Source: Candidatus Fibrimonadaceae bacterium (GTDB lineage: Bacteria > Fibrobacterota > Fibrobacteria > Fibrobacterales > Fibrobacteraceae). Taken from it: 64,000 bases of DNA. Under the pieces are notes generated by a model. The model made no database searches. It worked only from the letters and a program-made list of their open reading frames with translations, and was not told the origin of the DNA. Numbering within the stretch: the stretch's first letter is position 1; the number at the start of each line of letters is the position of its first letter. The stretch is from positions 18,056-82,055 of the forward strand of contig JAITFP010000075.1 of NCBI GenBank assembly GCA_031281275.1, written 5' to 3'. A program made the position numbers and the translations under genes. This document shows positions 45,247 to 52,448 of this stretch, piece after piece.

Positions 45247-46263
45247 TTAAACCTTCCTAAAATACCCTTCCTTCTCTGGCAAAAGAGAATCGGGGATTAA
45301 TTCTCTTGGAATTAGAACTGTCATTTTGTATTCGGCAACTTTAGGATGTTCTCCCGCCTGTAAACATAAAACGCCAGCTTTTATTATTGATGCTAATATT
45401 TTTTCGTAATAAGCAACAGAATTGTTGCAGTTTGTTTCTATCCAAGAATCTATATATTTTTCTACTATTTCTCTCTGCATTCCGTCAACCGCCATCTGTA
45501 TGCCAGTTTCTAAAAAATCTTTTTTCAAAAGTTTTTCTTTATCTATAAAGTTTTCCAAAGCAAGTATGCCCTCTCTACGGGCTATTTCGCAAAGTTTAAT
45601 TAACTTAATACATATTCTCTCGGCTTCCATTTCAAAAATTTTCTTCATTCCTATTTCCAAAACAGATTCATACTTGTAACGTGTTCTTGTTGCTCCACCC
45701 TGTACTTCTGTTGCTTCTATAACTTGTTCTTTAAGAGATTCTGGCACCAGCATAAACAGCCAGTCTTCCTGTTTAACCGCTTCAATGTACATATCTATGG
45801 TCTTAAATTTTTCTGGTACTTTAGTAAGCAACCACGCTGTCTTTTTAACCGCTTCAAACCAGAATTCTGCCGTTCTGATTTTTTCTGGCACCTCAGCGAG
45901 CAACCACTCATCTTTTTTAACCACTTCAAGCCAGAGTTCGGTTGTTCTAAATTTTTCTGGTATATATTCTTGTACCAATTCCCACGAATGCCTTTTAACT
46001 ATTTCAATATATAGTTCCACAGTCTTAGCATTTTCTGGTATGTATTCAAGTTCAAGAAAAACGCACCGGACTTTAATCGCTTCAAGACATACTTCCGTAG
46101 TTCTAAGTTCTTCTGGTACATAACGAAGTGCATAACGGTTTTCCTTTACTACTTTAAGAGCCTGCGCAACTGTTTTAATTTTTTTCTTCGGTTTGACTCT
46201 TTGGTAGTCTAATAAATTCTCTGTGAGCAAATCTATTTCTTCTTTGCTTAATATATCACCCAT
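45247..46263 (-). CDS. soluble protein: ~5 DUF4116-type 24-aa repeats followed by a TM-less MotA-cytoplasmic-domain-like region
   Basis: 338 aa. Repeats VPEKIRTAEFWFEAVKKTAWLLTK and similar. C-terminal ARREGILALENFID...FLETGIQMAVDGMQREIVEKY...IIKAGVLCLQAGEHPKVAEYKMTVLIP. No TM-length hydrophobic stretch. Confidence 0.55.
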   Translation of the reverse strand: MGDILSKEEIDLLTENLLDYQRVKPKKKIKTVAQALKVVKENRYALRYVPEELRTTEVCLEAIKVRCVFLELEYIPENAKTVELYIEIVKRHSWELVQEYIPEKFRTTELWLEVVKKDEWLLAEVPEKIRTAEFWFEAVKKTAWLLTKVPEKFKTIDMYIEAVKQEDWLFMLVPESLKEQVIEATEVQGGATRTRYKYESVLEIGMKKIFEMEAERICIKLIKLCEIARREGILALENFIDKEKLLKKDFLETGIQMAVDGMQREIVEKYIDSWIETNCNNSVAYYEKILASIIKAGVLCLQAGEHPKVAEYKMTVLIPRELIPDSLLPEKEGYFRKV

Positions 46264-47323
46264 TTTTCACCTCCAACTCTTCTTGATACACCGCCTCAAA
46301 AACTTCATTTTTCAAAGATTCCGGTATATCATCGTCAAGCAAATCTTTTAGACGAATTGTTACAAAATCTTCTCCCCACCATTTGCGCTTAGATTTGACT
46401 ACCTCAATGTAAAGCTCAACTGTTTTTAGGCGTTTTGGCACATCTTTAATTGCGAATGGGCTATTCTTAACCGCTTCAAGGCAAAGTTCTTTTGTCTTAA
46501 ATTCTTTTGGCACAAATTCAAGTGCACAACCGTAGTGCTCGGTTGCCTCGGCACAGAGTTCTTGTGTCTTAAATTTTTCTGGCACATATTTAAGTGCCCA
46601 ACCATTCTGCTTAACTGCTTTAACACAGAGCTCTTCTGTTTTGAATTCTTCTGGTACAAATTCAAGCGCGCAGCCGTCTTGTTCAACTGCTTTGCGGCAA
46701 AATTCTTCTGTTTTGAATTCTTTTGGCACAAATTCAAGCGCACAGCCGTATTGCTCGGTTGCTTCTGTGCAAAGTTCTTTGGTTTTGAATTTTTCTGGTA
46801 CATATTCAAGCATAATACCGCAATTTTTTATTGCATTGCAACATATTTCTTCTGTTCTAAATGCTTCTGGTATAAATTGAATCAGCCAACCATATTGTTT
46901 AATTCCTTCGGGGTAGAATTCTGTCCAAGTTGGTAGCAGTTCCATAGGAATAATGGATTTTATAAAAATATCAGTCATGCGAGGGTTTTCACCTGACTGA
47001 AGGCTTAAAATTCCAGTTTTGATAACCGAGAACAATATTTTATTGTAGTACTCGCAATGACCGGAACTATTTGCTCCTATCCAGAAATCTAAATATTCTT
47101 CTATTTTTGCGTTCTCCATTCCATCAACCACCATCTGCAAAGCAAATTCCAAAGGGTCTCCGTTTGGGTCTTTTTCTTTGTCTATAAACTTTTCAATGGA
47201 CAAAAGCCCTTCTCTTCTACACATCATAGCGGCAAAGCATATACGAAAGTGTATCCTCTCGTATTCTTTTTTGAAAGCCTCCACAGTAGCTTTTTCTACG
47301 GCTGATTCATATTTGATAGTCAT
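46256..47323 (-). CDS. soluble protein: MotA-cytoplasmic-domain-like region followed by ~7 DUF4116-type repeats
   Basis: 355 aa from MTIKYESAV (AGGAGG RBS; the track ORF extends to 47368). CRREGLLSIEKFID...LEFALQMVVDGMENAKIEEY...VIKTGILSLQSGENPRMTDIFIKSIIP, then VPEKFKTKELCTEATEQYGCALEF repeats. Confidence 0.55.
   Translation of the reverse strand: MTIKYESAVEKATVEAFKKEYERIHFRICFAAMMCRREGLLSIEKFIDKEKDPNGDPLEFALQMVVDGMENAKIEEYLDFWIGANSSGHCEYYNKILFSVIKTGILSLQSGENPRMTDIFIKSIIPMELLPTWTEFYPEGIKQYGWLIQFIPEAFRTEEICCNAIKNCGIMLEYVPEKFKTKELCTEATEQYGCALEFVPKEFKTEEFCRKAVEQDGCALEFVPEEFKTEELCVKAVKQNGWALKYVPEKFKTQELCAEATEHYGCALEFVPKEFKTKELCLEAVKNSPFAIKDVPKRLKTVELYIEVVKSKRKWWGEDFVTIRLKDLLDDDIPESLKNEVFEAVYQEELEVKNG
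46430..46900. repeat. 72-nt-period in-frame tandem repeat array (DUF4116 units)
   Basis: TT(T/C)TGG(C/T)ACA(A/T)ATT(C/T)AAG recurs near 46505, 46575, 46647, 46719 and 46791. The units at ~46505 and ~46719 are near-identical. Confidence 0.7.
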
Positions 47324-47348
47324 TTTTTCACCTCCTTTCTGCTTATTT

Positions 47349-47969
47349 TTAGAAGGGCAGTTCGCCATTGAAGCATTTTCCCTCGTTTTCTAAGGCTCGT
47401 TTTGCTATCTCTATAGGCTCAATGCACCACTGAACAATTTCTGGAACAGCCACTTTAAGCTCTGCAATAGCCTTGCTAAAATATTCATCGTCATAATTAA
47501 TACTTTTGCAAAGATACGCTCGCGCCCGCCATATTCGAGCTTCAAGGCAGTCTGGATCTTTTTCAAGCGCAGCGGTGTAGCTTGTTATTGCTTCGTCATA
47601 GTCTTCATTGACAAAATATTCATCGGCTTTGGTTAGGAATTTAAGAATATGAATTGGTTTTTGTGCGAAATAACCGTTTTCAAAAACTAAAGTCTCGTAG
47701 CTTGCCTGTTTTGTGTTAGCTGCAATGAGTGCTTTTGCTTCTGCAGCATCTACATTGTATTGCAAGAATAAAGTTTCGGCAACCGTTTTCCAATCGGTTT
47801 CGCTGCTTGCTACGCTGTCAAATTTGCAAACACCGTCAATTTTGACTGTTATTGAGCGAAGCATCGCTACTGCTTCTTTTTCAATGGCGTTCAAAATTTT
47901 CTGGTCTGAGCGCAGGTCATAGATTCTGCTTGCTATGGCTTTTGCTTCTTGTTTTATTGTATCACCCAT
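47349..47969 (-). CDS. TPR-containing protein
   Basis: 206 aa. ADEYFVNEDYDEAITSYTAALEKDPDCLEARIWRARAYL is a TPR signature. AGGAGA RBS. First gene of a 3-gene operon. Confidence 0.55.
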   Translation of the reverse strand: MGDTIKQEAKAIASRIYDLRSDQKILNAIEKEAVAMLRSITVKIDGVCKFDSVASSETDWKTVAETLFLQYNVDAAEAKALIAANTKQASYETLVFENGYFAQKPIHILKFLTKADEYFVNEDYDEAITSYTAALEKDPDCLEARIWRARAYLCKSINYDDEYFSKAIAELKVAVPEIVQWCIEPIEIAKRALENEGKCFNGELPF

Positions 47970-48007
47970 ATTTTTCTCCTATTAGGCCATAATAGCCATT
48001 TATTAGT

Positions 48008-48032
48008 ATATAACATACAATATCCAAAAATG
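48008..48032. repeat. 25-bp sequence ATATAACATACAATATCCAAAAATG, identical to 52387-52411
   Basis: Exact match read in both places. In both cases it lies just upstream (minus-strand sense) of the first gene of a DUF4116 block and is followed by a TTTTTCTATTTT element. Confidence 0.85.
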
Positions 48033-48040
48033 GGGTTATT

Positions 48041-48052
48041 TTTTTCTATTTT
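48041..48052 (+). promoter_or_regulatory. TTTTTCTATTTT element 9 nt upstream of the ATG at 48062
   Basis: Variant of the recurrent motif. Confidence 0.35.
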
Positions 48053-48061
48053 ATAAAAATT

Positions 48062-48487
48062 ATGTCCGCAAAAGACCACAAAGCAAAAGAGAAAAAAGAA
48101 ATTGCTCAAATGCTTGCAAAGCAGCTCAGGGCTGGTACTTATTTTGCCAAGAAGGAAGAAGACGGATATGCGATATTTTCCAAGGAAGGCAATATTAAAA
48201 TCGGTAGCCTTGTTATCAATAGAAGATACGGTACTCGCATATTCAAATCTTTTGTATATGAAAAAGGAATGAAGCCTAAAGGCATCCCTACGGAATTTAC
48301 AACTTCATTGCTCAGTCCAGTCTGGGACTTTTGCTATAAAAACTTAGGTCCCATAGAAGGCTTTGAAAAACCAGAAAAACCAGATTTATACGGCAAAAGA
48401 TTTTGGAAACATGCAACTAGGGAAGAACGACGTGCAGCCATAGAAGAATATATAGAATGTTTGGATCGCCAGGTGTTTTCCAGCTAA
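48062..48487 (+). CDS. hypothetical basic protein (141 aa)
   Basis: ORF with an upstream promoter-like element. No family recognised. Confidence 0.4.
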   Translation: MSAKDHKAKEKKEIAQMLAKQLRAGTYFAKKEEDGYAIFSKEGNIKIGSLVINRRYGTRIFKSFVYEKGMKPKGIPTEFTTSLLSPVWDFCYKNLGPIEGFEKPEKPDLYGKRFWKHATREERRAAIEEYIECLDRQVFSS

Positions 48488-48488
48488 C

Positions 48489-50054
48489 TCAACACCCAAA
48501 AACTGTTATTTTATCATATTCTCTAACATACAATTTCTCTTCCCAGCTCTTGCTCACATCCCTGTCAAAAACAACAAGCCAGCCTCTTTTCGTTCCGCAT
48601 CTCTCCATATAAGCAGAAAGCTGAACCAAGCCTTCTGGAATGGTTTGCTCATTCTTTAATATCTTAAGCTCAATAGGATATTTTTTGCCTTCCCATTCTA
48701 TGCAAATATCAGCACGTTTTTTACCCAAAGCCATCTCTCTGGATATGCTGCCGCCGCCGTTTAGAACCCGCTGCAAAAAAGCTTGTATAACCAAATGCGG
48801 AGCGGCTTCATCGTACTGGTAAAAATTCTCTTTGTAACGCTTTATCCATATTTCGCTATTCTCACGCCAAAAAAACTGAAACTCGCGTAACAGAGTATCT
48901 ATATCTATTTTATCATCTTTCACATATTTGGGCAGGTTATCATCAGGTCTTTCAAGTTTAATGCTATCTTGCAACGAATAATTCAAGGCTCTTACTATCA
49001 CTTCAGCGTAAATCGGATTCGCAGGCTCAACAACGCCATTCTCGGAATCTCTTATCAAACCCAAATCCCTTGTGTATAGATAATCATCAGAACTTTTATC
49101 TATAAACATCTCGCCTAGTATAAGTGGTTCTATTATATTACGAACCCTATTTTCCTTTAGCCTCTCCATTAAACTGTCAAAATGCGTGCCCCTAGCTAAA
49201 ATTATGTTGTTGATTGCGGTTTTTGCCATTTCTATCGTTATGGGAATCGCGTAATCTTTTTTACAGATTTTTTCCACACATTCACGAGCTACTGCGTTTA
49301 CCAACCAGGGATGCCCTTGGGTTTGTTCATAAATGTAATCCGTTGCCTGTGCCTCAAAAACTTGCTTCGTTTCTTGTGTGTGTTGGTTGTAAAGCTCGGT
49401 CACATTTTCTTTCGTGAAATTTCTCAAATTCAAACTTTCGGTCACAATATTAAACGGGCTTGAACTGCCTAGCGTTTCGCTGTCACTCCTGATGTGGGCT
49501 TTATAGTCTCTTATATTCCTCATTCCAACAAGAGCAATGCTGTGAACAAATGGAGTTCTTGCACGGGAAACAAAACCATTCCGCAATTGTCTTAAAAAAG
49601 TGATTAAGGTTCCGTTGCTGAGGCAATCCGCTTCGTCAAAAAGTATAATCAAAGGCTTATCCAAAGAGCGGCAATAGTCCACAAGCGCAATGTTTAGCAC
49701 ATTTGACACTCTGCTACAATCCGCCTCCTTTGCAAAATCTGGTGGCAGACCTTGGATTTTTATGCAATCCTCTATATTTCTAACAATTTCGGGTATTCCC
49801 CTTTCTGGTTCGGTAAATGATTGCACTCCTTCTAAAGAACAATACAAAGCATGGTATTTGCCTTCTGCGTTTATTTTATCCGCAAGCTCCAGCAAGAGAG
49901 TTGTCTTTCCGCTCTGTCTTGAGGCATGGATAACGAAATATTGTTTTGAATCTATCAAATCCATTAATTCTTTGCAAATGCCACGCAAAGGGTCGAGCAT
50001 ATAATGTTCGTTTGTATTACAAGGACCTGCTATGTTGAAGTATTTTTGAGGCAT
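48489..50054 (-). CDS. AAA-type ATP-binding protein with C-terminal PD-(D/E)XK-like nuclease domain
   Basis: 521 aa from MPQKYFNIAGPCNTNEHYML (the track ORF extends to 50147). Walker A HASRQSGKTTLL, Walker B LIILFDEAD. C-terminal RADICIEWEGKKYPIELKILK (D..E.K). Confidence 0.6.
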   Translation of the reverse strand: MPQKYFNIAGPCNTNEHYMLDPLRGICKELMDLIDSKQYFVIHASRQSGKTTLLLELADKINAEGKYHALYCSLEGVQSFTEPERGIPEIVRNIEDCIKIQGLPPDFAKEADCSRVSNVLNIALVDYCRSLDKPLIILFDEADCLSNGTLITFLRQLRNGFVSRARTPFVHSIALVGMRNIRDYKAHIRSDSETLGSSSPFNIVTESLNLRNFTKENVTELYNQHTQETKQVFEAQATDYIYEQTQGHPWLVNAVARECVEKICKKDYAIPITIEMAKTAINNIILARGTHFDSLMERLKENRVRNIIEPLILGEMFIDKSSDDYLYTRDLGLIRDSENGVVEPANPIYAEVIVRALNYSLQDSIKLERPDDNLPKYVKDDKIDIDTLLREFQFFWRENSEIWIKRYKENFYQYDEAAPHLVIQAFLQRVLNGGGSISREMALGKKRADICIEWEGKKYPIELKILKNEQTIPEGLVQLSAYMERCGTKRGWLVVFDRDVSKSWEEKLYVREYDKITVFGC

Positions 50055-50061
50055 TAGGGGT

Positions 50062-50072
50062 AAAATAGAATT
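50062..50072 (-). promoter_or_regulatory. AATTCTATTTT element 7 nt upstream of the ATG at 50054
   Basis: Minus-strand reading TTCAAAATTCTATTTTACCCCTAATG. Supports the shorter start. Confidence 0.35.
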
Positions 50073-50285
50073 TTGAATCGCTCGTATAAGAGTGAGCTGG
50101 AAAAAAACGATTTTCGCAATATCTGCATAAATAGTGATATTCATCACAAATAATAAAAAAATTGCAAAAATAACTTAGCTTTTTGCATATCGCATGTTAT
50201 ATAGAGAAATCAAACTACAAAGTTTCTGGTGACGAGTGTCATGAAATTTAATTGTAGTTAAATGCCAAAAATAGGAGATTATATT

Positions 50286-50489
50286 ATGGCAATAGCATCA
50301 GTAATACAAAAAAACGGTCAGATAACAGCTTATGACGAAAACAACCGAATGCTTTTTCAAAAGTTTGCTCCCACTGGTGGGAACACCGAACTTATGGGTT
50401 ACACATCATCAACGGTTACTATTAAGCGAGCTCATGAGATAATCGTTTATGATGACCGCGGCAATACAAAATCCCAAAGGTTTGCATAG
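50286..50489 (+). CDS. small hypothetical protein (67 aa)
   Basis: AGGAG RBS before the ATG at 50286. MAIASVIQKNGQITAYDENNRMLFQK... Confidence 0.35.
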   Translation: MAIASVIQKNGQITAYDENNRMLFQKFAPTGGNTELMGYTSSTVTIKRAHEIIVYDDRGNTKSQRFA

Positions 50490-50604
50490 TATCTGACAGA
50501 AGAATTATTTGGTTTTTCGTATTTAACAATAATTTGTATCTTTCGCTATGATTTTAGCATAGTGCAAATTATGTATATAGTTCCCCTCCTTAGATTTGAA
50601 ATTG

Positions 50605-51273
50605 CTACGATGAAGAGATTTTTTCAATAATTTTTTTCCATCCGTTTTTTGGATTGTCTAAGCAATTCTCAATATTTTTTTTTGATATAGAAACATTCCG
50701 CCAATTGTTCAGAAAAAGTATGTTTTTGTATGTTTTTAATTCTTCAATCTGGGAAAACAACTGCTTTCTCATTACAATAAATAATTTTCGCTCGGTTATG
50801 GCTTTTTCAATTAGAGCTTGATTGTATTCCTGAGATGGAATACATACTTTTCCGCTAGTCCATTTATTGGAATGATAAGGAAAATATTCTACGCAAAATA
50901 CATTATTGGCAACTTTTTTAATGCCACATTCTTCTATAAGTTCTTTTAATCTCTGTCTCCACCATTTGCCGCCATTTGTTTCTTTTAAATTATCATTCAA
51001 ATAATAAAATGGGCATTTATGTCTATAATTTTTGAAAATATAATTTTTAAGATCTTCCATATCCTCTTTATCTGCCTCGTTAAACCCTGGATTTAAATTT
51101 AATAAATAAACTTGAGCTTCAGGATTTCCTATAAATGGTTCAGGAAACAATTCTAAGTTTAACTTATTTCGTAATTTATCTATATGTGCTCTATCAATGT
51201 CTAAAATATATTCGCCATTAGCATCAGACGAATTTTTCATTTTTTCCCATGGATTTGGAGTATCCGTTTTCAT
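50605..51273 (-). CDS. hypothetical protein (222 aa); weak resemblance to uracil-DNA-glycosylase-superfamily motifs
   Basis: GAGGAAAA RBS. PFIGNPEAQVYLLNLNPG and VEYFPYHS loosely recall UDG motif A (G..PxAxhhhhGExPG) and motif B (HPS). Speculative. Confidence 0.35.
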   Translation of the reverse strand: MKTDTPNPWEKMKNSSDANGEYILDIDRAHIDKLRNKLNLELFPEPFIGNPEAQVYLLNLNPGFNEADKEDMEDLKNYIFKNYRHKCPFYYLNDNLKETNGGKWWRQRLKELIEECGIKKVANNVFCVEYFPYHSNKWTSGKVCIPSQEYNQALIEKAITERKLFIVMRKQLFSQIEELKTYKNILFLNNWRNVSISKKNIENCLDNPKNGWKKIIEKISSS

Positions 51274-51310
51274 TTTTCCTCACTTGGGCTTTGCCCGGTT
51301 AATTGTTTGG

Positions 51311-51655
51311 TTATAATATAGAAACTCCTTCATCATCATTATCTGCCATATATTTTTTCATTACAATCTTGATTTTTGGAGTTATGAGTTCCTTGGGCAC
51401 AAATTCAATCGCATCGCCAGTTTGCTTTACCGCAGCAAGGCAAATCTCCGAGATTTTTAGTTCTACAGGCACATATTGAAGCGCACAGCCGTTTCTCTTC
51501 ACCGCAGCAAGGCAAAGTTCTGGGGTTTTGTGTTTAGATGGTACGTAAGCCAGTTCATAGCCCCATTGCTTTACAACGGCAAGGCATAATTCATAAGTTT
51601 TGAATTTTGTGGGAACGAATTTAAACGTATCGGAGTTATTTTTCACCATAATCAT
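51311..51655 (-). CDS. DUF4116-type repeat protein (~4 units)
   Basis: 114 aa from MIMVKNN. ATGA overlap with the upstream stop (51652-51655). VPSKHKTPELCLAAVKRNGCALQY repeats. Confidence 0.55.
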   Translation of the reverse strand: MIMVKNNSDTFKFVPTKFKTYELCLAVVKQWGYELAYVPSKHKTPELCLAAVKRNGCALQYVPVELKISEICLAAVKQTGDAIEFVPKELITPKIKIVMKKYMADNDDEGVSIL

Positions 51656-52380
51656 TTCCCCTTCACCAACAATTTCTCCACTTCTAACCTCATACTCTCT
51701 GGAACCCAATTTCTATTATAAGGATATGCTTTGCACGCCTCAAAGCACAATTCCACTGTTTTCAGATTTTCTGGAACCCTACTAAGAGCATCGCCGCAGC
51801 TTGTTACGAATGCTTTGCAAAATTCTGGAGTTATCAAGTCTTTTGGAACTAAGTTCAAGCTCATAATACTCCCAAGAGCATCGTCACTTTGCAGAACGGC
51901 GGCAAGGCACATTTCTGTTGTTCTCAAATTTTCTGGAACAGCTTCAAGATTACGCCAGTCTTTTTTCACAGCGGTTAGGCACAATTCCGACGTTTTCAAA
52001 TTTTCTGGAGTGCAATAAAAATCATTTAGACCGGAGTATTTTACATTTTTTACATTCCTTTTAATTATACGCTCCAAGCCTTCTTTGCGACTTATCAAGT
52101 CTTTTCGTTCTATGCGCAATTTAGAGTTTTCTTTAAGTAAATAATCAATTATGTCTGCCAAGCCATTGGGTAAAACGTAAAGAGGGTTTGCTGGCTCATT
52201 TCTGTGTTCATAATGCTCTTTATAATCCAGCAAAGCCTTTCTCATATTTATTTTCCAACTTATATTTTGCAGAATGTCTATTTTCTGCTCCATTGTGGTT
52301 CTATTATATTCATCGCAATAAGGGTCTAAACATTCCCTTAATTTGCCCAAAAGCTCGTTTAAATCTAAAGTTTCACTCAT
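51652..52380 (-). CDS. protein with N-terminal helical region and ~4 DUF4116-type repeats
   Basis: 242 aa from MSETLDL. I prefer this start because the 5 upstream codons of the track ORF fall inside the duplicated 25-bp promoter-region repeat. TPENLKTSELCLTAVKKDWRNLEA repeats. Confidence 0.5.
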   Translation of the reverse strand: MSETLDLNELLGKLRECLDPYCDEYNRTTMEQKIDILQNISWKINMRKALLDYKEHYEHRNEPANPLYVLPNGLADIIDYLLKENSKLRIERKDLISRKEGLERIIKRNVKNVKYSGLNDFYCTPENLKTSELCLTAVKKDWRNLEAVPENLRTTEMCLAAVLQSDDALGSIMSLNLVPKDLITPEFCKAFVTSCGDALSRVPENLKTVELCFEACKAYPYNRNWVPESMRLEVEKLLVKGK

Positions 52381-52386
52381 ATTTAC

Positions 52387-52411
52387 ATATAACATACAAT
52401 ATCCAAAAATG
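52387..52411. repeat. second copy of ATATAACATACAATATCCAAAAATG
   Basis: Identical to 48008-48032. Followed by GGTATTTTT...TTTTTCTATTTT as in copy 1, with a ~16-nt indel. Confidence 0.85.
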
Positions 52412-52448
52412 AGGTATTTTTGGCAAAAAAATTTTATTTTTCTATTTT

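Noticed and set aside
45724-46936. Plus-strand ORFs (96-133 aa) and an out-of-frame minus-strand ORF (46426..46809) with their own internal periodicity; likewise 51731..52018 and 52644..53265
   Set aside because: The periodicity is inherited from the 72-nt DUF4116 coding repeats in the real frame. The products (FSGTYSS..., FFWHIFK...) are low-complexity and lack start signals.
50055-50147. N-terminal extensions in the ORF track (also 27556..27615, 34093..34149, 53643..53708, 47324..47368, 52381..52395, 31740..31763)
   Set aside because: The extensions lack signal or homology content, overlap upstream genes or promoter elements, and internal ATGs have better RBS or motif context. Shorter starts were adopted.
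50163-50187. Hairpin TGCAAAAA-9 nt-TTTTTGCA followed, on the minus strand, by a T-rich tract (possible terminator or operator upstream of the AAA gene)
   Set aside because: The stem is almost entirely A/T (8 bp with 2 GC). Its position does not follow any minus-strand gene end closely. It is too weak to call without folding energies.
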